NCBI GenBank assembly: GCA_005223145.1
Contig: NJBL01000001.1
Span: forward strand, 12,477-76,476
Direction of reading: 5' to 3'
Length of the DNA: 64,000 bases
Source: a bacterium (candidate division B38) B3_B38
Lineage (GTDB): Bacteria; Acidobacteriota; B3-B38; Guanabaribacteriales; B3-B38
Under the pieces are notes generated by a model. It made no database searches, was not told the origin of the DNA, and was given only the letters and a program-made list of their open reading frames with translations. Every line of letters begins with the position of its first letter. Positions within the stretch are counted from its first letter, which is position 1. The translations under genes and the position numbers were made by a program. Shown here piece after piece: positions 19,525 to 30,404 of the stretch.

Positions 19525-20448
19525 TTGAGGTTAAATCTTTCCGCAAAGACTGTTATTTTTTTTACCTTGATAGGGGTATTCCTCTATGGGGGATGCAGCT
19601 TATTCCGCTACGAGATAAAGAAAAGGGAGGTGAAAGTCTCCTATAAGGAAGCCTCATTGGATCGATTGTTAGAGCTTATCAATCGGAACCAGGAGCTGAT
19701 CCATAGCCTGACTGCCTCTTTGCAAGTAGGGTTGAACTTTGGTGTCCCCGGTAAATACGATAACTGCAACGGTCAATTGCTAATAGAGCGCCCCCATAAG
19801 ATCCGCCTTACTGGCTATCGCTCGCTTATGCCAACTATCTTCCTTATGGTGGCCGATGCCGACAATTATTGGGTTTACATACCCTCAAAGAAGAAGGCTT
19901 ATCAAGGACTTACCGCTGAAAACAATATGCTCTCTCGTAAGGGAGAAGAGGCCTCCATCGAGGATATTAAGCCGCACGAAATCCTGGCTGCCCTTATGCT
20001 GGACGATAAGATTACTCCCAGCCAGAGTAAAAGGAAGGCATATCTTGACATTTTGCCGAATATGTATATTATTAATATTGTTGAGAGGAAGGGAGAAGGT
20101 CTGTTATATCCGGTAAGAAGGATATGGGTGGAAAGAGAAGAGCTAACTGTTGTGAGGCACGAGCTATTCGACTCCCAGGGGCGTTTGCGCAGCGAGGTTT
20201 ATTTTAGAAACCATCGCCCAGCAGGGGAGGCAACTTTCCCCTGGCTGGTGCTTATAAAAAGACCGTGGGAGGGAATGAGCATAAGGTTGGTGTTCAAAAA
20301 GATTAAATTAAATCAACCTCTTAATCCTGAAGCTTTCCGCTTCCAACCTTCTGAGAGTGTCGATGTTATCAGAGTAGGCACCCATAATCCAGGGCTCCCT
20401 ATAAGAATCTCAACCAAAAACTATCGGAATGAACAATGGCAAACTTAG
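19525..20448 (+). CDS. Hypothetical lipoprotein, possibly LolA/LolB-like fold, first gene of a Lol-like module
   Basis: Signal peptide with Cys (LYGGCSLF). No catalytic motif. Overlaps the following FtsX-permease gene. Confidence 0.5.
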   Translation: MRLNLSAKTVIFFTLIGVFLYGGCSLFRYEIKKREVKVSYKEASLDRLLELINRNQELIHSLTASLQVGLNFGVPGKYDNCNGQLLIERPHKIRLTGYRSLMPTIFLMVADADNYWVYIPSKKKAYQGLTAENNMLSRKGEEASIEDIKPHEILAALMLDDKITPSQSKRKAYLDILPNMYIINIVERKGEGLLYPVRRIWVEREELTVVRHELFDSQGRLRSEVYFRNHRPAGEATFPWLVLIKRPWEGMSIRLVFKKIKLNQPLNPEAFRFQPSESVDVIRVGTHNPGLPIRISTKNYRNEQWQT

Positions 20449-21539
20449 CCTTAGCCAATCTCACCAAGAGAAAAACAAGGACCTTAGTCAGCATCCTGGC
20501 GGTTGCTATTGAAATAACCCTCATATTAGTGCTGATCGGCCTAACCAAAGGGACCCTCAACGATGTTGCCGCCCGCATCCAGAGTATAGGGGCGGACATA
20601 CTTTTCCTTCCACCGGGATCTTCCAGCATCCTCAGTTTGAATAACTACTTTATGCACAGCAACCTTAAAGAGTCCATTATAACCACCGAAGGGGTCAAAG
20701 CGGTTTCTCCGGTAATAACCTGGTTTACCAACAAACTTGGAGGCATGGGGGGGAACATTATCTTTGGAATAGATCCCAAAGAGTTCAATAATGTCGGGGG
20801 AAAGCTGGAGCTACTGAGAGGAACCTCTTTGCAAGGTGAATACGATATGTTAGTAGATAGACGGTTGGCAGAGGCTAACAATCTGCACCTGAACGACCAG
20901 GTTGAGCTCTTAAATCGCCAGTTCACCATAGTCGGGATTTTGAAGGTGGGAGTAGGGGCAAGAATCTACATCCTCTTGACCACTCTCCAGAACGCCCTAA
21001 ACGAACCCAATCGCGTATCCCTGTTTTTTGTCAAATGCCAGTCCGCAGAGTTAGTGGGGGAGGTCGCCAGCCGGCTGGAGAAGAGCTTCCCCGGTTACAA
21101 GACCCAGCTCAGTGAAGCCTACGCCGAAGATTTAGCTGAAAGTGCCCAGGGGATTAATCAATTTATCAGTGCCATTACTGTCATTGCCATCCTGGTGAGC
21201 TTCCTGGTGATACTTTTGGCTATGTATACCACCATCATCGAACGAACTCGAGAGATCGGTATCCTCAAAGCCCTGGGAGCTACCAAAGCTTACATTGTAA
21301 AGGCCATTGTGACCGAAGCTGTCGCCCTCAGCATTATAGGAATACTTTGCGGATATCTCCTGTCTTTTGCCGCTCAAACCTGGATCAGTAATACTTATCC
21401 CCTAATTACCATCATCATCACTCCCACATGGATAATCTTGGCGGGTATTTTAGGACTGGTAAGTGGCTTCCTCGGCTCCCTTTACCCCTCCTACCGGGCT
21501 GCCCGATTAGACCCGGTGGAGGCTCTTAATTATGAGTAA
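20436..21539 (+). CDS. ABC transporter permease, FtsX/MacB/LolCE family
   Basis: N-terminal TM, large periplasmic loop, then three C-terminal TM helices. 367 aa. Confidence 0.8.
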   Translation: MANLALANLTKRKTRTLVSILAVAIEITLILVLIGLTKGTLNDVAARIQSIGADILFLPPGSSSILSLNNYFMHSNLKESIITTEGVKAVSPVITWFTNKLGGMGGNIIFGIDPKEFNNVGGKLELLRGTSLQGEYDMLVDRRLAEANNLHLNDQVELLNRQFTIVGILKVGVGARIYILLTTLQNALNEPNRVSLFFVKCQSAELVGEVASRLEKSFPGYKTQLSEAYAEDLAESAQGINQFISAITVIAILVSFLVILLAMYTTIIERTREIGILKALGATKAYIVKAIVTEAVALSIIGILCGYLLSFAAQTWISNTYPLITIIITPTWIILAGILGLVSGFLGSLYPSYRAARLDPVEALNYE

Positions 21540-21590
21540 AAGGAAAGCGGATATTATAGCAAGCATAAACATCTTAACAAGGGACTTCCT

Positions 21591-22268
21591 GTGAATAAGA
21601 TTCTTCGGACTGAGAATTTAGAGAAGGTTTATCGTGTGGGCAAGATAGATATCCACGCTGTTCAGGGTGTTAATCTTGGTATTGAAAAGGGGGAGTTTGT
21701 ATCCATTGTGGGACCGTCAGGCTGCGGAAAATCCACCCTCCTGCACCTCATGGGAGGGATGGCAAAACCCACCACCGGAAGGGTGTTCATAGAGGGGATT
21801 GACATCTCCACGATAAGCGATGTCAAGCGCGCTAAGATCCGCCGTGAGAAAATAGGCTTCGTCTTCCAGCGATTTAACCTCTTCTCCGCCCTTAGCTCTC
21901 AGCAGAACCTGGAGATTGCCATGCAGATATGCCGCAATGGGAATGTCGACCACCAGCGTATAAAAGAAATCATGGCATTGGTGGGATTAGAGAATAAGCT
22001 CCATCATAAACCATTGGAGCTATCTATGGGGGAACAGCAGAGGGTTGCCATCGCACGTGCCCTGGTAAATGACCCCTTATTAATACTGGCTGATGAACCT
22101 ACCGGTAACCTCGACTCGGAAAACTCCTATAGGGTTCTCTATTTGCTGAAAGACCTAAACCGCAATTTAGGACAGACAATAGTCCTCATCACCCACAATC
22201 AGGAGGCTTCTAAAATAGCCGATAGAAAAATCAAAATGAAGGATGGGATGGTAATATCCCCTTCCTGA
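21591..22268 (+). CDS. ABC transporter ATP-binding protein (LolD/MacB-type)
   Basis: Walker [10 protein letters not shown], signature LSMGEQQR, Walker [13 protein letters not shown]. Confidence 0.85.
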   Translation: MNKILRTENLEKVYRVGKIDIHAVQGVNLGIEKGEFVSIVGPSGCGKSTLLHLMGGMAKPTTGRVFIEGIDISTISDVKRAKIRREKIGFVFQRFNLFSALSSQQNLEIAMQICRNGNVDHQRIKEIMALVGLENKLHHKPLELSMGEQQRVAIARALVNDPLLILADEPTGNLDSENSYRVLYLLKDLNRNLGQTIVLITHNQEASKIADRKIKMKDGMVISPS

Positions 22269-22342
22269 TGACCCTCTTTCCAGCTTAGCTAAAATATCCC
22301 CTCTGCTATGACCTTGATGACGGGGGGTAATTGACTTAAGAC

Positions 22343-22720
22343 ATGAAGCCAATAATTCAGAAGATAGGAGCCACCTGCTGGAAGTGGATTTTCTGGCCTT
22401 ATGTGAGGGGGAGCTGGCAATACACCCTACTATGCGCTATTATAATTCTGATTCTAATCTTTGTCCCCTTCTGGCACCGGAAAGAAAAACCGCAGGATAC
22501 CTCCCCCGCGGTCGTCGTGGTGGAAAAAGAGCTGAACCAAGAGCTTCTTTACATTACAATAGAGTTAGCACCCAACGAGAAGCCGGGCACAACCGAGGTG
22601 AAGCAGCTTATCTCCGCTTTGACTGATGAGCTAAAGAAACACCATCAGGTGAAAAATATCATCCCTCTTCTGTCAGAAGATGGCAATCTGATAGGATTTT
22701 CCTTTTTTGTTCAGAAATAG
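22343..22720 (+). CDS. Hypothetical small membrane protein
   Basis: One TM helix. No motifs. Confidence 0.35.
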   Translation: MKPIIQKIGATCWKWIFWPYVRGSWQYTLLCAIIILILIFVPFWHRKEKPQDTSPAVVVVEKELNQELLYITIELAPNEKPGTTEVKQLISALTDELKKHHQVKNIIPLLSEDGNLIGFSFFVQK

Positions 22721-23492
22721 AGCTTTGTTCGTTATGAACCGCAAAAATAAGACCGCAAAGCTGAAGACCGTCCTAATTGTGCTTCTCGTCTGCTTATTCT
22801 GCGGCGTAAAAAGCAGGGCGTCTGAAACACCAGGTAGGCCTTTGCCGGTGACTCCGGAGGATAAATTACACTTTATCCTGAGTCAGCTGAAGAAAGCCGA
22901 TGCGCAGTTGACGAGCTTTGTCGCCGACTTTAAGGAGACCAGAATTTTCCTCTACAGCCCCGAGCCGGAGGTTGCCGAGGGGAAGATATATTTCAAAAAG
23001 CCAGGGCAAGTCCGCTGGGACTATTACCCCCCAGGGGAGAAACATATTGTTCTCACCCCTACTAAAGGGTGGCTCTACCTTCCTGAAATAAAACAGGTTC
23101 AACTGATAAATTTGAAGGGGGAAAGGAAACTCTCCTCCCTCCCCATCGGTCTCAGTGGTCCAGCACCCGACTTTGAAAAAAACTACCACATCCGCTTGAT
23201 AGAAGAGGAAGGAGAAACTACAGAAGAGAAGAGATATATATTGGAGCTCACCCCCGTTTCCGGCAGCGAAGTGGCCGCCGTTTACACCCGCCTCCTGCTA
23301 TCCTTATCCGAAAGGAGGTGGCTCCCTGCTGATAGGATTGAATTGCTGGAGGTGGCCGGGGACAAGTCGATTATAGAACTCAGCGGAATCTCCCTCAATA
23401 CCAAGCTCTCCTCTAAGCTTTTCAAGTTTGATGTCCCCAAAGATGTCGAGATTATCGACCACACCCCAAAACAGCCTCCTTCAGAAACCTAA
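22707..23492 (+). CDS. Outer-membrane lipoprotein carrier protein LolA-like
   Basis: Signal peptide. Approximately 230-aa LolA-like beta-rich region (KLHFILSQLKKADAQLTSFVADFKETR). Confidence 0.6.
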   Translation: MFRNRALFVMNRKNKTAKLKTVLIVLLVCLFCGVKSRASETPGRPLPVTPEDKLHFILSQLKKADAQLTSFVADFKETRIFLYSPEPEVAEGKIYFKKPGQVRWDYYPPGEKHIVLTPTKGWLYLPEIKQVQLINLKGERKLSSLPIGLSGPAPDFEKNYHIRLIEEEGETTEEKRYILELTPVSGSEVAAVYTRLLLSLSERRWLPADRIELLEVAGDKSIIELSGISLNTKLSSKLFKFDVPKDVEIIDHTPKQPPSET

Positions 23493-23497
23493 CCTGC

Positions 23498-24922
23498 TTA
23501 ATCTCCCCGGGCGAGCTCCTTTAAAGCTTTTATTAACTCCCTATCCTCTGAAGGTAGAACGGTGCGGAGGTCTATAACTACCTTCTCCTCCTGAATGCGA
23601 GCAATTACCGGAAGCGACCTCATCCTAAGCTTTCGACTAATAGTATCAGCGGTATATCGGGGAGAGTTTACTCCCATAAGCCGGGTGGGAAGCTCCACCA
23701 GGGGAACTGTCCCGCCACCCACCTTGGAAACGCCCTCCATAAGCTCTACATTTAAGGAAGAGCCCTTAACCCTACGAAGCTCCTCAATAATCGCCTCCGC
23801 CCTCCCTTGAAGCTCCGCCACCGATGTGGAGAGCATCTTCAATACCGGGATGGAGACCTCGGGTCGTCCCTTCAAGTACTCCACAAGGGTGGCTTCCAGA
23901 GCAAGATAGGTCAGCTTGCCCGCCCTGACTGCCCTCAAGAGGGGATTCACCTTGATTTTCTTGATTAACGCCCTATCACCCACTATGACCCCCGATTGGG
24001 GTCCTCCTAACAATTTATCCCCACTAAAAGTCACAATATTGGCCCCTCTTGCCAATATTTCCCCCACCGAGGGCTCATCTGGTATGCCGTAAGGGCTGAG
24101 GTCTACCATATTACCGCTGCCCATATCTTCCATCACCGGTATTCCATGCCTACGTCCCAGTGCCACCAGCTCCTCCATCCTCACCGATTCGGTGAAGCCG
24201 AGGATGCGGAAATTGCTCTGGTGTACTGCCAGCAGCAGGGCTGTATGGGGAGAGATTGCCTTCTCGTAATCCTGCAGCCTGGTCTTATTGGTGGTGCCCA
24301 CCTCTTTTAGTATCGCTCCACTCTTCTCCATGACCTCGGGTATCCTGAATGAGCCCCCTATCTCCACCAGCTCCCCCCGCGATACGATAACCTCTTTTCC
24401 CTCTGCCAGGGTGTTCAATACCAGCAATACGGCGGCAGCGTTGTTATTAGCAACCACACAAGATTTTCCTGGAAACAACCGAGAAATAAGACGCTCCACT
24501 GGAAGGTCCCGCCCCCCTCGCTTTCCCTCTTCCAGGAAAAACTCCAGATTCAGGTAGCGGCAAGAAAGCTCCTGCAATCGCTCCACCGCCGAGGGGCATA
24601 GCAGCGCCCTCCCCAGGTTGGTGTGGATGATGACCCCCGTAGCATTGATCACGCGACGAAGGGTGGGTGAGAGCTGCTCTTCCAGCCTCTGTCTCAGCTC
24701 ATCAATGAGACCCTCAACCCTCTTTTTCACCCCCTGGGGATCAGCTTTCCCCTGGGAAATCTCTTCCCTTATCACTGCCAGCAACTCCCTGATGTTATGC
24801 AGAATGAACTCCCGACTGTAATTGGATATGAGTCCCTTCACCTCATCCTTTTCCATAAGCTGGTCTACGGAGGGAAGGAGGCGATAGCTCCTCTCATGGT
24901 TTGCAGAGCTTGCATTTTTCAT
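23498..24922 (-). CDS. selA: L-seryl-tRNA(Sec) selenium transferase (selenocysteine synthase)
   Basis: PLP-lysine region FSGDKLLGGPQSGVIVG characteristic of SelA. 474 aa. Confidence 0.9.
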   Translation of the reverse strand: MKNASSANHERSYRLLPSVDQLMEKDEVKGLISNYSREFILHNIRELLAVIREEISQGKADPQGVKKRVEGLIDELRQRLEEQLSPTLRRVINATGVIIHTNLGRALLCPSAVERLQELSCRYLNLEFFLEEGKRGGRDLPVERLISRLFPGKSCVVANNNAAAVLLVLNTLAEGKEVIVSRGELVEIGGSFRIPEVMEKSGAILKEVGTTNKTRLQDYEKAISPHTALLLAVHQSNFRILGFTESVRMEELVALGRRHGIPVMEDMGSGNMVDLSPYGIPDEPSVGEILARGANIVTFSGDKLLGGPQSGVIVGDRALIKKIKVNPLLRAVRAGKLTYLALEATLVEYLKGRPEVSIPVLKMLSTSVAELQGRAEAIIEELRRVKGSSLNVELMEGVSKVGGGTVPLVELPTRLMGVNSPRYTADTISRKLRMRSLPVIARIQEEKVVIDLRTVLPSEDRELIKALKELARGD

Positions 24923-24980
24923 CGTTGACTATTCCAGTATCCTCTGATAAGATTAAGCATACCGATAAGGGTAGATACTT

Positions 24981-25388
24981 ATGCCCAGAAAAAAGCGACG
25001 AACTTCTCTGAAATACATCGACCAGTTGAAACCTATCGTCCCTCCGGCAGAAAGAGCGGTCTCTCATCTGAACCGCCGCATGAAAGAAATACTCTATCCG
25101 GATAAATTAAAAGAAAAGTTCACCATCACCGTTGTCTTTGGTCACTCGAGAAAGAAGAAATATCGTCAAGCAGTAGAACTGGCAAAACAAGCCTCTTCTT
25201 ATAATACCGAAGGGGAAGGACGTTGGCTGAAGCATTATGCTAAATACGACCCCCCTTCTGCCGCTAAGCTCTTCGAGCTGACCGCCCTTCTCAACGAATC
25301 TATCGAATATGAGGTTTTAGTGCAGGATAAACCCCTTCCCTACGGGCATGACTTATGGCTGCCTCTTATGTGGATTTTCCTCCCTTGA
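24981..25388 (+). CDS. Hypothetical basic protein
   Basis: ORF only. Confidence 0.3.
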   Translation: MPRKKRRTSLKYIDQLKPIVPPAERAVSHLNRRMKEILYPDKLKEKFTITVVFGHSRKKKYRQAVELAKQASSYNTEGEGRWLKHYAKYDPPSAAKLFELTALLNESIEYEVLVQDKPLPYGHDLWLPLMWIFLP

Positions 25389-26177
25389 GTTTTCCTTTTG
25401 AACGCCCTGCACCGGCAAATGACTTTTCAGCCACTCCAGAATTACCTCTGATGCACCCTCCCCTTTCCGCAGCAGCCTGTTGCCGTGACCCACATTTTGG
25501 TAGAGCTTCAAATCCTTTATTCCCTGTGCCAGGGAGTAGAGCTCGTTGGCAGAAAATGCAGAGTAGATATCCTCTTCGCTGGCAATTAGCAATATAGGGC
25601 GCACGCCATAGCTGGTGATAGCCCCTACGGAACTCACCCCCCGATAATTCAACCCCGGGGAAATCAAGACCACAGCCCTTATCTGCCGATTCTGCGATGC
25701 GTAATTGAGAGCCAGATTAGCGCCCAGATTTGTCCCCACTATCCCTATCATATACGGATCAAGCTCGGCTCTGCTCTTCAGGAATTGAATCCCACTGGCT
25801 ACATCCATAAGCATCCGACGAAAGTCCTCGTCAGAAAAGCTCACCCATCTCATCAGCCAGTCACCCTGCCTCATGGAATCGCCATGACCCCTTAAATCGA
25901 TGGTCAAGACCCCGTATCCGTTACCCTGTAAGAGCCGAGCAAATCCCTCCCAATCGAGCCGGTTACGGTTCATCCCATGCACAAGCAATATGGCGGGGGA
26001 GTCTCCCTTGTGGGGTGCATAATAGGTTCCTACAAGGTTAAGATTACCTTCGGTAGTAAGGTTTACATCACGGCTGGAATCCTCTTGGGATGCCGGGCTG
26101 AAAACTTCACCTCCATAAAAAAGGAAGCAACCGGCTAATAAAAATATGCAAAACCAGCCCTTCACCTTGTACCTCAT
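25353..26177 (-). CDS. Secreted alpha/beta-hydrolase fold protein
   Basis: Signal peptide. Nucleophile-elbow-like GTNLGANLAL and oxyanion LLVHGMNRN. Confidence 0.7.
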   Translation of the reverse strand: MRYKVKGWFCIFLLAGCFLFYGGEVFSPASQEDSSRDVNLTTEGNLNLVGTYYAPHKGDSPAILLVHGMNRNRLDWEGFARLLQGNGYGVLTIDLRGHGDSMRQGDWLMRWVSFSDEDFRRMLMDVASGIQFLKSRAELDPYMIGIVGTNLGANLALNYASQNRQIRAVVLISPGLNYRGVSSVGAITSYGVRPILLIASEEDIYSAFSANELYSLAQGIKDLKLYQNVGHGNRLLRKGEGASEVILEWLKSHLPVQGVQKENSREENPHKRQP

Positions 26178-26369
26178 AGAGAAATATAATATCTTATTTC
26201 TCCACTCTTATCAAGGGGATAACCTTGAGGGACAAAAAGGCGAGAAGAAATATCTCTTATTAAGTGGCAGAATAGTGGCGAAGCTCTTTTCCCCGTTAAT
26301 AATCGTTCTGCCCGGCAGGGGGAAAACTGAAAGAGTTCTATTTATTATTCAAAGACGAGTTACCAGGTG

Positions 26370-27101
26370 TTAGCCAGAGGCTTCTTTTACTACTTCACCT
26401 CTCATATAATCGAGGTAGAGCTTTTCGAGGTTCTCCTTCTCCAGCTCTTCCCTGGTCATGATGCCTACCAGGCGCCCGGTCTTCATAATGCCGACCCGGT
26501 CTGCAATCTCTTTTGCCCGGAAAATATCATGGGTGGACATGAATATAGCCCTGCTCTCATCCTTGAGCTGACGCAGAATATCCAGAAATTCCGCCCCTGC
26601 CTTAGGGTCCAGCCCAACAGTGGGTTCATCCAGCAGGATTGCCGGGGCGTTCTTACTTATGGCTATGGCAATGCCCAGCTTCTGCCGCATACCTTTGGAG
26701 AAATGCTTGAGCCTCTGCTCAAAAGCCCTCTCTTCCAGCCCCACCTTGCGCATTATCTGGTAGTAATCCTCCTTGGTCATCTCCTTTCGTCCGCCCAGCT
26801 TGGTGAAGAAGTCGAGGTTCTGGCTGGCGGTGAAATTGCCGTAGAGCATCACATTCTCCGACACATAAGAGACATACTTCTTCGCTTCCAGGGGGTCTTT
26901 AGTCACATCAATGTCGTTTATCTTGGCGGTGCCTGAGGTCGGCTCAATAAAGTTCAGAAAGAGATTGATAACGGTGGTCTTTCCCGACCCGTTTGCCCCT
27001 AAGAGGCAGAATATCTCTCCACATTCCACCTTGAGGTTAAGATTGTCCACCGCCAAGAGACCGTCTTCATAACGTTTGCTCAGATTTATGGCTTCTAACA
27101 T
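26370..27101 (-). CDS. ABC transporter ATP-binding protein (ABC-2 exporter type)
   Basis: Walker A GANGSGKTT, signature FSKGMRQKL, Walker B ILLDEPTVGLD. Confidence 0.85.
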   Translation of the reverse strand: MLEAINLSKRYEDGLLAVDNLNLKVECGEIFCLLGANGSGKTTVINLFLNFIEPTSGTAKINDIDVTKDPLEAKKYVSYVSENVMLYGNFTASQNLDFFTKLGGRKEMTKEDYYQIMRKVGLEERAFEQRLKHFSKGMRQKLGIAIAISKNAPAILLDEPTVGLDPKAGAEFLDILRQLKDESRAIFMSTHDIFRAKEIADRVGIMKTGRLVGIMTREELEKENLEKLYLDYMRGEVVKEASG

Positions 27102-27205
27102 AACTCATTTCCTCTCTTTTAACTCCGTAGTTCGTCCCTTAATAAGGGGAGAACCTAAGGGGTAGTTAAAACCCTTTCCAAAACTTATTCTTCTGCGAAA
27201 ATAGC

Positions 27206-28759
27206 TCAACGGCGGCTCAGCCTGATGCCGAAGACCACAATCCCCACCACCAGACCGACCAGGAATAAGACCAGAAGAGTGCTGCCCAGAATGTTGGCTT
27301 TTGCCTTCACATGAACCCTGATGGTCTTATCCTCGGTTTCTACCGGGCGGTTATCGGCAATGGCTTCGGTTTTGAGCTTGGACTCATAGTCCCCTACTCC
27401 CACATCCTCCGGAGGATAGAAGGCTATATTGACCACCTTCTCCTTCTCCGGCATCAGGGAGGGAATCACATCGGGCTCTATCTTCGATTTCCACCGGTAA
27501 GGAAGGTCGGTCTTCAAAGTAATATTGTCCAGCCGGCGGGTCCCGGTATTTCGCACCGTAACCTCCATATTCAACTCTTTGCCAGGGTCAATCTCATGGT
27601 AAAGACTCACCGCCTCCACCTCAATCTTGCCCACCCCCTTGGGAATCAGCTCCAGCTCCACTACTCCGCCCTTTATTTCTTCTACTTCCTCTTTGGTGAA
27701 GTTATGACCTTCTTTAGCGCTTAAATCCTCTGCCTCCCGAGGGTCTAAAACGAGGGCGTAAAATTCCATCTTCTTGTCAATAACTATCTGCTCATCGGCT
27801 CGCTTGGGCAGATGGAGGGTGAGAGAGAGCTTCTTGCTGGTTACCCCTTCGGTGAACTTCACCTGCGATAGGCGGGCACTGGTCTCCGTGTCAACAAACT
27901 CGTAGGATACTTGCTTGGGGAGGTTGATGACCTTGAGCTTGAAGATATTGCTCTCGCTGGTGAACCTCTCCAGCATGAGGTCGTAGGTCGCCTCGCCCTC
28001 TAAATTCGCCTCCTGGGAGAACTGGGAGGAGTTCATGGTTACTATGTTGGCACTGGCGTCCTTCTGCAGATAAATCTGCTTCTCATCTAACTTATCCGCA
28101 TAGTTGATGGAGACCACTACATTGTCCACATCCTTCAGCAGGAGGAAATCAACATTCGCCTTCCCGTTATTGGGCAAGACTGGTATCCTCGCCTCATACG
28201 GCTCGGAGATGATAGAACCCTCGCTCTTCAGGGAGACGTACACATTGGTCAGCTTGCTGAGGTCCAGCCCGGCGGTGAGCGAGGGGTCCTCCTTCTGCAG
28301 AAACTCCAGCTGCTCCAGTTCAAAGGAGCCCCCCGAGGAGTTCTTGAGGGTCAGCTTTACCCGCTTCTGCCCTTCGGGGGTCTGGTATTTTATCGCCTTG
28401 AGGATAGTCACATGGGGTCGGTCAAACACCACATTGAGCATAGCTTCCTGATAGGCTACCCGAGCGGTATGGTAGTCGGCTTCTGCTTTCTCAAAGTTCT
28501 CCCGGGAGACCAACTGCTTCTCAAACAGGTCTTTCATACGCTCGTATTTCTGGCGGCGGTCCTCAAGAATAATCTGCGCTCTTTTCAATGCCAGAATCTT
28601 GAACCGCTCATCCCAACGCTGGCCTGTCTGAGGTATCTGAGGTGTCTGGGGTGTCTGAGGAGCGATGAATGCCGAAGCCGCAGGGAGAAAGAGGAGCAAT
28701 GTAAGGATAAGTGCTCCCATTAAAAAAGTGTGCTTGTTCCACGAACCTTTCACTACCAC
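27206..28759 (-). CDS. Large periplasmic protein with N-terminal signal, coiled-coil, beta-rich repeats and C-terminal TM anchor, associated with the ABC-2 exporter
   Basis: QTPQTPQIPQT tandem repeat after the signal peptide. C-terminal TM helix (LLVLFLVGLVVGIVVFGI). Confidence 0.5.
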   Translation of the reverse strand: MVVKGSWNKHTFLMGALILTLLLFLPAASAFIAPQTPQTPQIPQTGQRWDERFKILALKRAQIILEDRRQKYERMKDLFEKQLVSRENFEKAEADYHTARVAYQEAMLNVVFDRPHVTILKAIKYQTPEGQKRVKLTLKNSSGGSFELEQLEFLQKEDPSLTAGLDLSKLTNVYVSLKSEGSIISEPYEARIPVLPNNGKANVDFLLLKDVDNVVVSINYADKLDEKQIYLQKDASANIVTMNSSQFSQEANLEGEATYDLMLERFTSESNIFKLKVINLPKQVSYEFVDTETSARLSQVKFTEGVTSKKLSLTLHLPKRADEQIVIDKKMEFYALVLDPREAEDLSAKEGHNFTKEEVEEIKGGVVELELIPKGVGKIEVEAVSLYHEIDPGKELNMEVTVRNTGTRRLDNITLKTDLPYRWKSKIEPDVIPSLMPEKEKVVNIAFYPPEDVGVGDYESKLKTEAIADNRPVETEDKTIRVHVKAKANILGSTLLVLFLVGLVVGIVVFGIRLSRR

Positions 28760-28955
28760 TCTCCTTGAAAACTAGGGCTTGATAAATTTAATTTAATTAT
28801 ACCACATTCCAGGAAGAATCCATAACCCTCTAAGTCTCTTTTGCCATTGGCAAGTCCAAACAATAACCTTTATTATATAAGACGCAAAAAGAGAAGGAAT
28901 AGTTCTCTCTATGTGCCAATAGCTTATTTTTGGGGCTCATTGTAATAGATTAACC

Positions 28956-30404
28956 TTAAAATCTGGGGTCGTATCGGATGAACAGCACGAAGGAGATGAG
29001 GAAGAAAATGATATTTAGCATAATCATATAAAATATTCCCCAGAGATAATCTCCGAAATTAACCGGCATCCCTGCTTCCGGCTCGTTGGGTATTTTAAAT
29101 TGAGCCTCATCCAATTTGATGTCACTAAAAGCATCTGGTGATAATCCTTTTAAAACAAAATTACCAATCGAAACCCAAGAGCTTTGCTTTTTATCAGCTA
29201 CCTCAAAAAGATTCTGTTTCTTATAGTCAAAAGCTATATGCTGAAATTTCTCTCTGATATTTTCTGCCAATCTTTGAAGCAAAGCCTGGTGTGCATACCC
29301 GGTGCTGCCGGTCATTTGGCACAGATTCTGATAAAGGAAAAAGGGTGATATCTTCGCTAACAGGAATTTCAATCGTATCTGCTCATTTATTTTATTCTGG
29401 AAATCTCTTTTCACTTTCGCCTCGGCATTTAGCATTTTGCTTTGTATAGAGAAATGCTTCTCGTAGATTTCTTTTTGAAATTGCTCTATTAACTTCTGCT
29501 TCTGCTCATCAGGTATAGGCTTATTTACTATCGGCTGTAATAATAAAGATGAAACACTTAATTGCCGAGAAAATGGCCTCCTTGCATCTTTAATATTCTC
29601 CTCCTGGACAATGGGAGATGGGGAAGGCTTGAGATACTCACCGGCTATAAAGCTTAAATTGGGTATTATAAAAATAAAGGCAATCCATATCAACAGAGCA
29701 AAAAGCAGAGAGATGGATGAGTTTTTGAAGAGAACCGAGCAGAATATCCCCATCAAGCTTATCAGGGAGATAAATAACACAGATAATATGAAAATTATCA
29801 GGATTTTATAAAAATCGAAAACGCTCAGATATACATTCCCCATCACCCTCAATATCAGAACATCAATCAGCAGCCCCATCACCAACAGCACGGAGAGAAA
29901 CACCACCACACTGATATACTTGCCCAGAAGGAGGTCGGATTTTCTCACCGGGTTGGACAGGGTCAATGCCAGAATGCCGCTCTCTCTTTCCCCGGAAATC
30001 TCAGAATAGGTCAGCAGCAGCGCCAGCAGGCTGATAAATACGCCCACTATAAAGGTCCAATCGGGCTGGACGATGTCTTTCAAATAGGAGAGGGCATCAA
30101 TCTTCTTATATTCTTCCTCCACCAGAAAGGGGGTAATCCTGAACACATCCGGCAGCCCCTTCTCACCCCCCTCGGATAAAAAGACTAACTTGGACGGCTT
30201 CTTAACATATTCTATGCTTTCAATGGAATACCCTTCCTTTGCTAAGGCATTAAGCCTATAATAAATCCTTTGCCTTTGATTGATTTCATTGGAGTAATAG
30301 AGCCCGCTTAAGGATATGAGAATTATTATCACCAGCAGAGATATGACCAGCCGCAGGTCAAGCAGGTATTTCCGCAGGGTATTTAAAATAATCAGCCGTT
30401 TCAT
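28956..30404 (-). CDS. ABC-2 family transporter permease
   Basis: N-terminal TM, large periplasmic domain, then a cluster of 5-6 TM helices. 482 aa. Confidence 0.6.
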   Translation of the reverse strand: MKRLIILNTLRKYLLDLRLVISLLVIIILISLSGLYYSNEINQRQRIYYRLNALAKEGYSIESIEYVKKPSKLVFLSEGGEKGLPDVFRITPFLVEEEYKKIDALSYLKDIVQPDWTFIVGVFISLLALLLTYSEISGERESGILALTLSNPVRKSDLLLGKYISVVVFLSVLLVMGLLIDVLILRVMGNVYLSVFDFYKILIIFILSVLFISLISLMGIFCSVLFKNSSISLLFALLIWIAFIFIIPNLSFIAGEYLKPSPSPIVQEENIKDARRPFSRQLSVSSLLLQPIVNKPIPDEQKQKLIEQFQKEIYEKHFSIQSKMLNAEAKVKRDFQNKINEQIRLKFLLAKISPFFLYQNLCQMTGSTGYAHQALLQRLAENIREKFQHIAFDYKKQNLFEVADKKQSSWVSIGNFVLKGLSPDAFSDIKLDEAQFKIPNEPEAGMPVNFGDYLWGIFYMIMLNIIFFLISFVLFIRYDPRF

